A stretch of DNA of 64,000 bases from Pelagomonas calceolata (taxonomy: Eukaryota). The first letter of the stretch is position 1. Every line of letters begins with the position of its first letter. Both the position numbers and the translations under genes were made by a program. The notes beneath the pieces are model-generated. The model saw only the letters and a list, made by a program, of their open reading frames with translations. It was not told where the DNA came from and did not search any database. Where the stretch lies: positions 2,232,001-2,296,000 of the forward strand of contig CAKKNE010000004.1 in assembly GCA_918797485.1 (NCBI GenBank), written 5' to 3'. Positions 31,331 through 42,174 of this stretch are shown here, one piece after another.

Positions 31331-33181
31331 CTACCACATCGGCATGCGCCGCACCAGCCGCGACTGGTCCTCCTCCTCCCTTAGTTTGGCAGCAAACCCG
31401 GCCAATTGCCCTTGCAGAGCGGCTATTTGTTCCGCCTTCCGATTCAAGATCGCACCCAGGCGCGCCACATAAGTATCAATGTCATAGTCCACGACGTCGC
31501 CGCCCTGGACCTGCTGGAGCATGCGCCCTTCCTCGGTCAACAATTCCGCGTTCTCCTGGATCACGGTCATGTGCGCATTTAACAAAGCCTCTTCGGCCTC
31601 GAATAAGGAGTCCACCGTTTTATGTAATGCCGCGACGTCCTGGCCCCGTTCTAGGGTAGAATGCAACAACGCCAAGTCGTCCTGCCGCGTTGGCCGTTCC
31701 TTGGGTTGCGCGGGCGGAGGCGGCGCCCGCGGTTTCGGTTGTCTCGGTGCCTCCTTGGCGCCGCGCTTCGCCTCTGATCGCTTGGGAACCTCCTTGGCCT
31801 CCGCTTTTTTCGGAGGTACGGGCTTCCGCGACGGCGGCCTCGCTGGAGGCTTCTGCGCTCTAGGAGGAGGAGGACGAGCCGGGACCTCCTTGGGCTCCTC
31901 GTTCCGCTCCCGCAACGCCGCGGCCGCATTCAAGAGTTGCGTGGCGGGCTTTTCCTTGACGCGGTCGGCGTATCGCAACGTATTTATCGTATGATCCGTA
32001 CAGGAAACGCTAGGACCGACGCAGGCGATCATCGCTACTCTAGAACGAGGCCTTACAAAAGAATCGCGCAGGACCATGGTGAGTTTTGACGCTCGGAAGG
32101 GGACGTGAGCGTCGTTCGTCGCGAGGCCTCTGATACATTCTTTCAACGCGAGTAAACTCTTGTTGATCTCCGCGGACTCCGTCCTCAGTTGCCTATTGTG
32201 GCTTCGCGTGTCCTGGCCCCGTTCGCTGCCCGCTAAATCCACCAAAGATAATGATCCTCGCTGCTTGCCGTCCTTGTCGCGGATTGATATTCTACAGACC
32301 GCATGTGATCTTGATGAGGCATCATTGACCTCCGTCTTCTGCTTCGTCCGTAGTTCATTCCCTCGCGAGATGGCCGCCAAGAGACTTTCGGCATCCTCGA
32401 CCGGCGTCTCGGCGAGACCGACGACGTGCACGTCGCCGCGGCCGTCTTCTCGCACTTGCAACCGAGCTCGCTCTCGTAGTAGGTCCTGGCACCGCCCGCC
32501 ATAGATCTCGAAGAAGGACACACCTACTGAACGCTCCGACGACAGCTCCTGAAACACCTGCACCGCGGCCCGCGCCTGGACGCCCTCCATGGTATATGTT
32601 TTACCACTCCCCGTCTGGCCGTAGGCGAAGATACACGCCCGCCCGTCATCCCTGGTCACAAATTCGACCAATGGACCGCCGACACACCTGTAAATCTCAG
32701 CCGTGTCCTCGTTTTCCGAAAAGGCGTGGTCAAACGCGAACTGCTGATTATTTAAGTATTTGGAGATGCCGTCGACTCGTAGCCGGCAGTCATGGACCAC
32801 GACGGACGGGTGGACACAGGACACCGCATCATGATCCTTGTTGTTTACCTCTCGTCTCGAGATGGGTCGCTTCCGAACACAAATACATATAGCACCGCCG
32901 GCGTTCTTCTCGGCTTCATTGGTTGAGAACGTGGCGTGAGGCTTCGCTTGGTCTTTATTCGCGTCGCGCCACGCCGAAATCATCCTGACAAAGTCGACAT
33001 CCCCAACAACGCCCTTCTCGGCGTTACTAAGCTTCTCGCGCTCCTTCCGGTCTTTGCGGGCCTCCATCTGCTGCCTTCGCTCCTCCCGCGCCCGCTCCAT
33101 CGCTTGTATGGTGGCCAGCGTCGACTTCTTGGGGCCGCCGGGGCGGTCGCCCTCGACCGACCTCCGCTGTACTTGGGGCAT
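31331..33181 (-). CDS. Kinesin-13 family (KIF2/KIF24-like) motor
   Basis: Internal motor: ICVRKRP, RVDGISKYL (KVD-finger-like), AYGQTGSGKT, SSRSH, DLAGSERG, HVPFRASKLT; start MPQVQ at 33181. Confidence 0.92.
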   Translation of the reverse strand: MPQVQRRSVEGDRPGGPKKSTLATIQAMERAREERRQQMEARKDRKEREKLSNAEKGVVGDVDFVRMISAWRDANKDQAKPHATFSTNEAEKNAGGAICICVRKRPISRREVNNKDHDAVSCVHPSVVVHDCRLRVDGISKYLNNQQFAFDHAFSENEDTAEIYRCVGGPLVEFVTRDDGRACIFAYGQTGSGKTYTMEGVQARAAVQVFQELSSERSVGVSFFEIYGGRCQDLLRERARLQVREDGRGDVHVVGLAETPVEDAESLLAAISRGNELRTKQKTEVNDASSRSHAVCRISIRDKDGKQRGSLSLVDLAGSERGQDTRSHNRQLRTESAEINKSLLALKECIRGLATNDAHVPFRASKLTMVLRDSFVRPRSRVAMIACVGPSVSCTDHTINTLRYADRVKEKPATQLLNAAAALRERNEEPKEVPARPPPPRAQKPPARPPSRKPVPPKKAEAKEVPKRSEAKRGAKEAPRQPKPRAPPPPAQPKERPTRQDDLALLHSTLERGQDVAALHKTVDSLFEAEEALLNAHMTVIQENAELLTEEGRMLQQVQGGDVVDYDIDTYVARLGAILNRKAEQIAALQGQLAGFAAKLREEEDQSRLVRRMPMW

Positions 33182-33629
33182 TGTCGCGTCGGCTGCGTCT
33201 CGGGGAGTGCTGGCTGCTCGGAGGGCCCGCTGCGCGTGCGCGCTCGGCGCGGGTCCGGCTGGGCTCAGGCTTGGCTGCCTGGAATGTGCTCGACGGATGC
33301 AGTCGCAGCCGTGGTCGTGCGCTGGTGTTGCCGAGTGCTCGCCAGCGGAGGGCTGGCACAGGTTCCGCGGCACGAAGACACGGCCGATTTTGGCTGCTTA
33401 AAAAGACCCAAAATGGACGCGCGCCGGCCGGCCGCATCGATTCGACCTGTGCGCATGGAGCTCATCGAAGCCTGATTACGACCTCTCCGACGCTCCACCG
33501 ACAGCTGGACGCGTAGAAGCCAAATCCGCGCTTTTTGCGGGTTTTCTGCCCGTCCGCGCCGATGAATCGCCCACGAGCCTCTACTACGAGTCCAGCTCCA
33601 CAACAGGAAGCTCATGGACAATGAGAGCA

Positions 33630-35594
33630 TTACGCCACGACCTCCCCGGCCGCATAATCATCAAGCGTCTCCCGCGCGGCCAACAACCGAGAAAGCTCAT
33701 CCCTCAATTCGGAGCGCTGCCGCGCGACGTCCGGGTCCTCGGTTAGTAATTGAGACACGGCCTCGTCCGATAACGAATGCGCCGCGTCGGCCACGCGCAA
33801 CGCCAGGTCCCGCCCCAGGTTCTGCACGAGCGCGTAGTCGGCGCTCATCGGGATCACATCACTGACCCGCGTGGCGAAGATGCCAAAGTACCGGTCGATC
33901 TGCCGTGCGACGAAGTCCACCTGGCCCTCGAAGGCATCATTTGACGACGTCGGCCGCGACTGCGGCCTGAATGAGGGTCTTGGTGTCGGCTCTTCTGACA
34001 CAAGCAGATCCTGCGCGAAGGGATGCCTCTGGGCGTCCAGAAACAACGCAACTGAATCCTTTGCAGCCTCGTACTTCTCCGAAGCGACATCACCCACCAA
34101 TTCTTCAAGCTTCTTGCGCAAAGCGGGAAAGCGCCGCGCGCTTACCGCAGCCGCGGCTCGACCCGCAACCAGCACCCTTGCTCTGACATCACTGACAACT
34201 CGTTCAGCTGGCGCTCGCACGTCGTCCACGAGATCCGCCACGAGACCAGCAAACACTTGCGCCGACGGGAAGCCGTAGAACGCCTCGCGGCCCCGCGTCT
34301 CCGCGACGGCCTCCCTCACTCGTGCCGAGTACGAAGAAGCATTTCTCGACGGCGCTCTGGATCGGACATCGGCATCAAAGCCTCTGTATAGAGCCAAAAC
34401 ATCCGCAGTCAGGCCCCGCTCGCCGTCGCTTCTCCCGGAACACGCCTCCTGGACCATTTGCGCAAAGTCCGTCGCGACTCGTACCAAACGAGCTCTTTTT
34501 TTGGACGGGTCGACATCCGCAGCATCGCCTAGTGCTTGTAACTTGGCGATGACGTCGCGTTCCTTGCTATCCACCAACCGTCGAGCCTCCGGGACATCCC
34601 GCGCAATCGCATCTTGCAACACCTCGGCCAGATACTGGGCCAAAGCCGGCGCCCCGAACCTCCCGCGCTGCGCGAGCTTCCCGAATATCGAATGAGTGGA
34701 GAAGTATTGCGCCTCATCTGTTAGTGCCTGACCCTGCGTCACATTCCGAGACAGCTGGCCCCGATTCCGCACGACGAAGTAGCCGTGTCTCTCTAATTTA
34801 ACGACTTTCCCCCGCAGGATGTCCTGCACACTACTCTCGGTGCCGGGGTCCATGAGGTCGGGCTTCGTGAGCACGCCGACCGTTCTTTCGCCGTCGGGAT
34901 CCGCCTCCGCCGCCAATCTCAAAGCCTCGGCCGTGGCTAAATCAGCGTTGCACGCACAGACGACCAGCACAATAGATTGGGAAGGCTCGATGAAGGTCTT
35001 CGATAGGCGTCTCGTCAGTTCCGGGACGTCGGGTCTTTGCCCCTCCGTCGCCACTCTTGCTAAGCCAGGTAAATCCACCAACGTGAGTTCCGGTGCGCCC
35101 GGCGCCGTGACTCGCAGATGTACAATGTCTTCGGTGATGCCTCGGCGCGCGCCTCGCTGCGAAGGCTTGAGACCAGGCAACGCTCTCATGGTGGCGTTCA
35201 GAGCCTCTCCGACGCTCTCGCAGGGGCCCTCCCAACCAGGGACGCCGTCCGCTTCCACCGAGGCTTTGCATGTTGTCTCTTGGCTATTGGACAGCCTCAG
35301 CTCGATCGGCGCTCGCGTCACCACCCCAGTACCTCGCAGCAATTGTACACCAGAGATAGCTTCTAAGACACTCGACTTGCCCGCGGACTGGTCTCCAATG
35401 ACCACAATCCTCGGGAAGTCGAAGCCTTGTAATTGTAAACGTCTCAATTTCTCGTTCGCGTCGAGGAGCGCGCGGACGCGCGGCCTCGTTCCGAGCCCGA
35501 GGAATTCTGATGCGGCCGTCGTCGGGTTGACGGCGACGCGCGTCGTCGCGGCGTGAACCGTGGCGAGGGCCGCCGCTGCGACGAGAAGCGCCAT
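33630..35594 (-). CDS. Mx-like dynamin-family GTPase with N-terminal signal peptide
   Basis: GDQSAGKSS, VTRAP, DLPG, TKPD, GYFVVRNRGQ, C-terminal GED; leader MALLVAAAALATVHA. Confidence 0.9.
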   Translation of the reverse strand: MALLVAAAALATVHAATTRVAVNPTTAASEFLGLGTRPRVRALLDANEKLRRLQLQGFDFPRIVVIGDQSAGKSSVLEAISGVQLLRGTGVVTRAPIELRLSNSQETTCKASVEADGVPGWEGPCESVGEALNATMRALPGLKPSQRGARRGITEDIVHLRVTAPGAPELTLVDLPGLARVATEGQRPDVPELTRRLSKTFIEPSQSIVLVVCACNADLATAEALRLAAEADPDGERTVGVLTKPDLMDPGTESSVQDILRGKVVKLERHGYFVVRNRGQLSRNVTQGQALTDEAQYFSTHSIFGKLAQRGRFGAPALAQYLAEVLQDAIARDVPEARRLVDSKERDVIAKLQALGDAADVDPSKKRARLVRVATDFAQMVQEACSGRSDGERGLTADVLALYRGFDADVRSRAPSRNASSYSARVREAVAETRGREAFYGFPSAQVFAGLVADLVDDVRAPAERVVSDVRARVLVAGRAAAAVSARRFPALRKKLEELVGDVASEKYEAAKDSVALFLDAQRHPFAQDLLVSEEPTPRPSFRPQSRPTSSNDAFEGQVDFVARQIDRYFGIFATRVSDVIPMSADYALVQNLGRDLALRVADAAHSLSDEAVSQLLTEDPDVARQRSELRDELSRLLAARETLDDYAAGEVVA

Positions 35595-35754
35595 GCCGTT
35601 GTGGCGCTGCTTCGAATTTTGAGGGCGCGTGGGCGGACGCGCGGCCTCCGGCGGCTGGAGCGCTCTACCTGGAAGCCTGCCTGACGTCAAGCACGGGTTC
35701 TTAGGCGAAGCTTGGAGCACTGCGCCCCAAAAACTGCGCTCACAGCCCGGAGCG

Positions 35755-35774
35755 CTAGTATGTCAGGACACTAG
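35755..35774 (+). promoter_or_regulatory. CTAG-box element (type B)
   Basis: ctagtatgtcaggacactag; between divergent starts 35594 and 36024. Confidence 0.55.
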
Positions 35775-36023
35775 CTCTTGCTTGCCGCTTTTCATCGCCT
35801 ATTCACCTAGGGGGCAACAAGCGACCACGCCTGCGCTGCAGACTTCGTAGTACAGCTCGCAGAAGTGATACGCAGTTGCAGCGCGCGGTCGGACGCACGC
35901 CTGCGCCGCCAAAACCAGCTTACTACAACTGCAGCTCTCAGCAGTGCGTCGCCGCAAAAGAATCATCGTAGCTACCAACACTCCACGTGCAGTGCGCGCC
36001 GCAAACAGCACCAACAAAGCAAG

Positions 36024-39000
36024 ATGGTCAAGAAGCGAGTAGACGACCGCGTGAAACGTTTTGTGGAGGAAGGCGTCCGGAGCGAACAACGGTCTTTGAT
36101 CGTGTTGGTCGGCGACCATGGGAAAGATCAAGTCGTGAATTTACATCAAATGTTGGCACGAGCGAGGGTAGCCGCGCGACCGAGCGTATTGTGGTGCTAC
36201 AAAAAGGAACTCGGGTTCTCGACGCATCGGAAAAAGCGCATGAAGCAGATCAAGAAACAGGTCGCTCGAGGGTTGCACGACGCGACGACCGACGAACCCT
36301 TCGAACTGTTCATCAGTCAAACACGCATAAGATGGTGCTACTACCGCGACACGCAGAAAATTTTGGGGAGTACGTACGGTTGTCTCGTATTACAAGATTT
36401 CGAAGCTCTGACTCCCAATCTACTAGCTAGAACGATCGAGACCGTGGAAGGCGGCGGGCTCGTCGTGTTGCTCCTGCGGACGGTCAATAGCCTGAGGCAG
36501 CTCTATGCTCAAACTATGGACGTTCATGCTAGATTCAGGGGGAGCGGCGCCCATTCCAACGCCGACTTGGTGCCGCGCTTCAACGAGCGCTTCATCCTAT
36601 CGTTAGCCGATTGTGCTCGCTGTTTAGTACTTGATGACGAGCTCAACGTCCTACCCATCAGTAAAAAGCATGTGAAGCGCTTCGATGCGATACAAGACGA
36701 TGCTGAAGAGTCCTCGAGACAGAAAGAGCGGCGCGAGGTCTCGGAATTAGCTTCATCTTTGCGAGATGTGCCGCCGGCCGGCGAATTAGTGGCCTTGGCG
36801 CGGACGCCGGACCAGGCGCGGGCGATCTTGGCGTTCATCGATTCCTTGGCTGAAAGACGAGCTCGTAGTGTGACGACACTCACAGCACCTCGGGGACGAG
36901 GCAAGAGTGCCGCTCTCGGTTTATGCTTAGCTGCTGCGGTGGCCACGGGCTACGCGTCGATATTCGTCACCGCCCCGGCCGTGGACAACGTCGCGACGGT
37001 GTTTGAATTCTTACTGAAAGGCTTGGAGGCCTTGCACTACGACGAAAAGACGGACTATGAAGTTTTGAAACACAAAACGGAAAGTGGCGTAGACGTCCCC
37101 GCGCGCGTCGACGTCTTTCAAACTAACGATAGTGGACCGACGACGCGGCAAGTGGTCCAGTACGTGTCGCCGTCCGATTCGCACCGACTGGCCCACGCGG
37201 AGCTCGTGATTGTCGACGAAGCGGCGGCGCTGCCTCTACCGGTCGTGGAAAAGTTGCTCGGGCCCTACGTCGTGTTCTTAGCTTCTACCGTGACGGGCTA
37301 CGAAGGTACGGGCAGGGCCTTACAATTGAAGTTGTTAGCTAAACTACGGAAAGCTCACGCGCGACGCGCCGTCACGGACGCTGCTACACAAGCCGCTTCT
37401 GAGGTAGAAGGGAACAGTCAACAAAAGAAGGGCCAGCAAAAGGTCCACGAGCAGCGCTGGGCCAAAGCTTCCGAAGCTGCTAAGAATTCTGTGACCAAGT
37501 CCACCTTGCGAGAATTAACGCTCGAAGCGCCCGTACGGTACGCTTCCGGTGATGCGGTGGAGGCGTGGCTGCATCGCGCGTTGTGTCTGGATTCCCCGAC
37601 GAAATCAGTATATGCGCTGAAGAAGGGTCTCCCGGCACCGGTGCACTGTTCTTTGTACGAAGTCAATAGAGATGCGCTCTTTAGTTACCACGCGTTGTCA
37701 GAACGCTTCTTGCAGCGGGTCATGGCCCTATATACGGCGGCGCACTACAAGAATTCCCCGAACGATTTACAGCTACTGTCCGACGCGCCGGCGCATCGGC
37801 TGTTTGTATTACTAGGTCCTGTGGATGAAGAAGCGTCAGCGGGCGAACTGCCCGATATACTAGTGGTCGTGCAGGTCGCATTAGAGGGCGCGATCCAGGC
37901 CGAGGCCGTGAAGGCGGCTCTATCCAGAGGTGAAAGAGGGGCCGGCGACTTAGTTCCGTGGACGCTAGCTCAACAGTTCTGCGACCCGGGCTTCGCCAAG
38001 CTGTCCGGTGCTCGCATTGTACGGGTAGCCACGCACCCCGACGCTCAAAGAGTAGGATATGGTACAAGAGCGCTCAAGTTATTAATAAGCTACCTCGAGG
38101 GCGAGCTCGACGAGCGCGAGGAGGACGACTCCGACTCATCATCAGATGATGATGAAGAACCGTCGTCACTCAGGACGGAATCCTTGCAACCAAGGAAGAA
38201 GATGCCGCCTCTCTTGGCACCGGTCGGGGCGACGCAGCCGCCATCGCTCCAGTGGGTCGCGGCGTCGTACGGCTTGACTGAGGGCTTGTTCGAATATTGG
38301 TCGAGGGAAGGTTTGAGGCCCTGCTACGTGAGACAGACGGCCAATGACGTCACAGGGGAACATACCACCATATGTTTGAGGGAGCTAGCAAACGCCGAAG
38401 GTGTTCATAAGGGCTGGTCCGACGCCTTCGTCGACGACTTCCGCAAACGGTGTGCTACTCTATTGGGATTGCCGTGCTTCGCCGCGTTTCCTCCAGCATT
38501 GTCATTGGGGTTATTGGGCGCGCGCGATACGAACAGCGCGCTCCATCGGCGCGTCTTCGCCTCTGATGATAGTGAGGGCATCGCGGACGCGTCGGAGTTA
38601 AATGCCCATTTCACGCCCCACGACCTCCAGCGATTAGACCTGTATGCGAAGCAGATGGTCGACCATCACCTGGTGGCTGATCTATTGCCAGCTCTAGGGC
38701 AGTTGTGTTTTCGTGGGAGGTTGGACGTGAAGCTGTCCTTGCTGCAGGCTGCCATCGTATTGGGCTTGGCTTTACAGAGAAAGGAGATCGGCACGATCGC
38801 CAAAGATTTAGATCTACCTACGTCCCAGGCACTAGCTTTATATAATAAAGCTATTCGAAAATTCGCGGCCGCGATTCGAAAAGTCAGGGAGGCTCATGTC
38901 AGAGATGTGGAACTGGGTTTAACTGATGAACGGGAAGCGTCGGAACGAGCCTACATGTCTAGGTTGGAGCCGGCGGATGATGCTGTTGTCAAACCGGTCG

Positions 39001-39239
39001 CGGCGCCGGTAGCCAACGAGACAGGCGTGTCGTTGTTAGATGCCTTGGAGGCGGCGACGCCATCCTATGAAATCGACGACGCGAAAGCGAAGCAATTGGG
39101 GACCGCCGCGGGCGCGGCGCCGGCTTCCGGAAAGCTGGTGCAGGTTGTGGGGAAGCGCCGGGCCGACGAGACGCCCGTGCCGTCGTCGAAGAAGAAGCTG
39201 AAGAAGTCTTCGAAGAAGAAGAAGCGGCGCGACTCGTAA
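36024..39239 (+). CDS. NAT10: RNA cytidine acetyltransferase (Kre33)
   Basis: MVKKRVDDRV..SVLWCYKKELGFSTHRKKR, RGRGKSAALG, DEAAA, GYEGTGR, HYKNSPNDLQ, RIVRVATHP..GYG. Confidence 0.97.
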   Translation: MVKKRVDDRVKRFVEEGVRSEQRSLIVLVGDHGKDQVVNLHQMLARARVAARPSVLWCYKKELGFSTHRKKRMKQIKKQVARGLHDATTDEPFELFISQTRIRWCYYRDTQKILGSTYGCLVLQDFEALTPNLLARTIETVEGGGLVVLLLRTVNSLRQLYAQTMDVHARFRGSGAHSNADLVPRFNERFILSLADCARCLVLDDELNVLPISKKHVKRFDAIQDDAEESSRQKERREVSELASSLRDVPPAGELVALARTPDQARAILAFIDSLAERRARSVTTLTAPRGRGKSAALGLCLAAAVATGYASIFVTAPAVDNVATVFEFLLKGLEALHYDEKTDYEVLKHKTESGVDVPARVDVFQTNDSGPTTRQVVQYVSPSDSHRLAHAELVIVDEAAALPLPVVEKLLGPYVVFLASTVTGYEGTGRALQLKLLAKLRKAHARRAVTDAATQAASEVEGNSQQKKGQQKVHEQRWAKASEAAKNSVTKSTLRELTLEAPVRYASGDAVEAWLHRALCLDSPTKSVYALKKGLPAPVHCSLYEVNRDALFSYHALSERFLQRVMALYTAAHYKNSPNDLQLLSDAPAHRLFVLLGPVDEEASAGELPDILVVVQVALEGAIQAEAVKAALSRGERGAGDLVPWTLAQQFCDPGFAKLSGARIVRVATHPDAQRVGYGTRALKLLISYLEGELDEREEDDSDSSSDDDEEPSSLRTESLQPRKKMPPLLAPVGATQPPSLQWVAASYGLTEGLFEYWSREGLRPCYVRQTANDVTGEHTTICLRELANAEGVHKGWSDAFVDDFRKRCATLLGLPCFAAFPPALSLGLLGARDTNSALHRRVFASDDSEGIADASELNAHFTPHDLQRLDLYAKQMVDHHLVADLLPALGQLCFRGRLDVKLSLLQAAIVLGLALQRKEIGTIAKDLDLPTSQALALYNKAIRKFAAAIRKVREAHVRDVELGLTDEREASERAYMSRLEPADDAVVKPVAAPVANETGVSLLDALEAATPSYEIDDAKAKQLGTAAGAAPASGKLVQVVGKRRADETPVPSSKKKLKKSSKKKKRRDS

Positions 39240-39592
39240 GTTGTTTCACTGGTAGTCTGGTCGTTATGGCGTCCTCGTCCCATCCGAGCCCTCACGTGGG
39301 TGTCGCCCGCGGAACGGTTGGTTGGAGATGAGCCAGTGTTCGAGAGTGCGCCGGGTGCGTGCGGGTGTCCTCAATCGGCGAAGCGTCAGGCTTTGCACCA
39401 GCGTAGTAACATACTAGACCTAGCAACCGAGCTCGAGCAAAAACAGCCCTGGCTGCCAGCGAGGACGCCCTCTCCACTTCTTCCGTGACTAGAGGAAGAA
39501 CCTCACAGCCCCGGAATCCCAGCTCTGCGTTGCCAAGGCCCCGCGAGGCCCCGCAAAGCCCCGGCAGAGCCAAGCAGCTCTCAGGCAGTAAC

Positions 39593-40414
39593 ATGACGGC
39601 CCAGCAGACGCCGCGCGCCGCGATCTCCCCGGCCCTGAAACAACGAGCTTCTGAGACAAGGAGCGCCTTCGCAAATCAAGATGCGGCCGCGTCCAAGCAA
39701 GCCCACGACGAGACCATCAGAGATTGGGAAGAAGACGGGCACGGCGAGGGCGACGCCGCCGTCGAGGTCTATCGGCGCGTCGATGCGTTGCAAGCTGGGC
39801 TGTGTTTAGCTATATTGCTGGAGAGCGCGTTTGGAAGTTCACTAGAGCGAAAAAAACTCGTCGCGATCGGTCTATCCCTAGCCACGGCCCACGCTCTCCG
39901 AGAATGGACGACGCAGACCTGGTATGCAAGGCATTATTATAGAGAACGCCAGCGGGAAGAATGGGAGCTCGAGAATTATGCCCAAGGGGAGCGCGCGGAG
40001 ATGGTCGGCCTCTGGTGCTACAAAGGACTGACGAAGCCCGACGCGGAGCGGTGCATCGATCTGCTGGCGTCGTACAAAAAGTTCTTCGTGGATCTCATGA
40101 TGACGGAAGAACTCAGAATGTTCGCGCCGCCGTCAGATGCGGGGTATCGGCGAATTACAGGGGCGTTGCTGGTCGCGATGGGGTGCGTGCTGCCCCTGTT
40201 GCTCGGGGGCGTGCTGGATCACATGTATGGTTCTTTGAATAGCTTCCCGCGGGCGTCGTGCTCCCACCTCGTCACGTGCGGGTCGGCGACGTCGGCGCTG
40301 GCCTTCACGGGCGCGTGGCGCGCGTCTACCTCTCGCTTGCCGGAGCAGCGCCACGCGTTGGAAGCGGCCATGTTGGGCGCGGCGTGCTACGTCGTCCCCC
40401 GGCTCCTCCTCTAG
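39593..40414 (+). CDS. Divergent VIT1/CCC1-family (vacuolar Fe/Mn transporter-like) protein
   Basis: RERQREEWELEN..GERAEMV..KGL..FVDLMMTEEL cytosolic module; TM1 GxxDG motif degenerate. Confidence 0.75.
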   Translation: MTAQQTPRAAISPALKQRASETRSAFANQDAAASKQAHDETIRDWEEDGHGEGDAAVEVYRRVDALQAGLCLAILLESAFGSSLERKKLVAIGLSLATAHALREWTTQTWYARHYYRERQREEWELENYAQGERAEMVGLWCYKGLTKPDAERCIDLLASYKKFFVDLMMTEELRMFAPPSDAGYRRITGALLVAMGCVLPLLLGGVLDHMYGSLNSFPRASCSHLVTCGSATSALAFTGAWRASTSRLPEQRHALEAAMLGAACYVVPRLLL

Positions 40415-40596
40415 GCGCGCTCCGCCGTTCTGCGCGTAAATCACTGACTGTCAGGAAGGCCGCGCGCGCGTTTGCTCGTCGGTAAAGCGCCGGACGCGGC
40501 CGAAGAAGAAGCTCCACCACGCAGTCTCGACGTTCGAGCTCGCGAAGCGGTCCGCGGCCAAGAGTGCTTCGCGGACCCAATTTCGCTGACTGATAC

Positions 40597-40617
40597 CTAG
40601 CGGGGAGCACACACTAG
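40597..40617 (+). promoter_or_regulatory. CTAG-box element (type A, variant)
   Basis: ctagcggggagcacacactag, 134 bp upstream of ATG 40751. Confidence 0.5.
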
Positions 40618-40750
40618 CGTTGCTGCGGCAGGAAACAGGGCATACTGCGATCAACGCCACACGCGAGCAAGCAAGACTACATATATAGCCTCTCGCCTAG
40701 TCTTCTCGCAAGCGATGCGACAAACGCAGCTCTTTCCGCCGTAGTAGACC

Positions 40751-41206
40751 ATGAAGACGAGCTACCTCATTTTAGCGTCGCTCGCCGCGGCCGTCGTCGC
40801 GGCGCCGGAGAGCGACTGCAGCGAGCGGCGCGACAGCCGCGAGGTATGCCCCATCTCGCAAAGAAGGATGACGCCCGCTCCTAGTGGCCGCGGCGTCGAC
40901 GCGGTGAAGGATGCGATTAGGGATTTCTTACGCACGGGCGCACGCGGGCGGCGGCCGCCACGACCGTGCCGAAGTGACGTCGGGTCTCGTCTACGCCGCA
41001 ATCGGTCGCGCGACACACACTGAACAATTGTCGGCGGACAGGCGTGGTTCTCGGTGCCTTCCGATCGAGCGCGGTGGGACCAGTGCCCGGTCTGCCAAAA
41101 AAAACGTGGACTTGAGCGGTACAGTGGTCCGTACTACTTTCGGGTGACCCTATACGAGTTCCCACTGCCCGCCGACGTCCCCGAGGAGTGTAAGTTTTTG
41201 TCTTAG
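40751..41206 (+). CDS. Small secreted 4-Cys peptide (about 85 aa; intron 40844-41041)
   Basis: MKTSYLILASLAAAVVA signal; GAG|gtatgc..gacag|GCG gives AWFSVPSDRARWDQCPVC...EECKFLS*. Confidence 0.55.
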
Positions 41207-42151
41207 ACTGGAGCGCTCCCCCAAGGGACAAGAAAACCGAAGGGTCCGCGCTACGTCTCAGGTGAGCGCGTCGCCACGCCATCGAGCAGACGTCGCGTCG
41301 ATGGCGTAGAGATTGCCCGCTACACGCCGTCGAGCAGACGCCGCGTCGCCGGCGCTTCCTGGGATCAGGAGCCCCATACGTTTAGGGGAAGCCTCCTGCG
41401 GAACGAGGTCGAGCCTTGCCCAGGGAAGCCTGCCAGTCGCGTAGGTCACGGTGGTCATGTACTCGACGGTGCGCCACAGATTCGACGACGTGCCAGATCG
41501 GGTGCGCTCGTGGCGCCGTGATCCGCATCTCGTTCTGGGGCTGCGGCCAGCCTATCAAGGCATTGGTACCCGCGAAACAGCAAGCATGAGCCCATCGCCG
41601 TCTCGTCGCAGGTCGAGGCGCCACGTCTAGGCTGTCTGCGACTACGCGCCGAGGGGCGACGCTCACGCGTAGTCGTACGGCGAGCGTGAGTCTGAAGCGG
41701 ACCGTCGTTTATGGGCTAACTGGGCGCCCGCGTTTCTTCGGCTTCGCGCTCGAACGCGTGACAAGAAGATCCATCCGAGACCCATGGCGCTTTAAGGCCG
41801 CACACATGCGACGCTCACAAAAGCATTTGCTGATCCTCGCTCGTGGCGAGCCGCCCGCGTATTTGCCCGCGACCGTGACGCTTCCAGAGGACATGCCGCT
41901 GGTGGGATCTTGTTTCTTTTGAGTCGTGTACGATATGCTACGGCTCTGCGCCGAGCGTCGCGGCGACGCGCCGCTGCTTGGTGGCCGGCCGAGCAGGGCT
42001 GCTGTAGCACACGTCGTGTACGACGCCGCGGTGACCGATTTCAATGCGCGAACTTTGTGAGGCTGGTCCATCGATCCTCAGTGGCAGCTTTAGTAGCTTT
42101 ATGACAGCGAGGAGGCCGTAGAGACGGCAAATTGGCCCACGATGTGGCTTG

Positions 42152-42174
42152 CTAGTGTCTTTAAAGGCCGCTAG
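42152..42174 (-). promoter_or_regulatory. CTAG-box element (type A)
   Basis: Reverse complement ctagcggcctttaaagacactag followed by caag; 262 bp upstream of ATG 42436. Confidence 0.6.

Noticed and set aside
9976..35594. An immunity island of Regnase-like, MLKL-like and Mx-like genes
   Set aside because: Genes are spread over 25 kb among housekeeping genes; no evidence of clustering beyond chance
35865..36023. N-terminal extensions in the ORF track (NAT10; also 8099, 9973, 27889, 33373, 35720, 54783, 63710)
   Set aside because: Most start at non-ATG codons, several run through CTAG-box promoter regions, and homology or targeting signals begin at downstream ATGs
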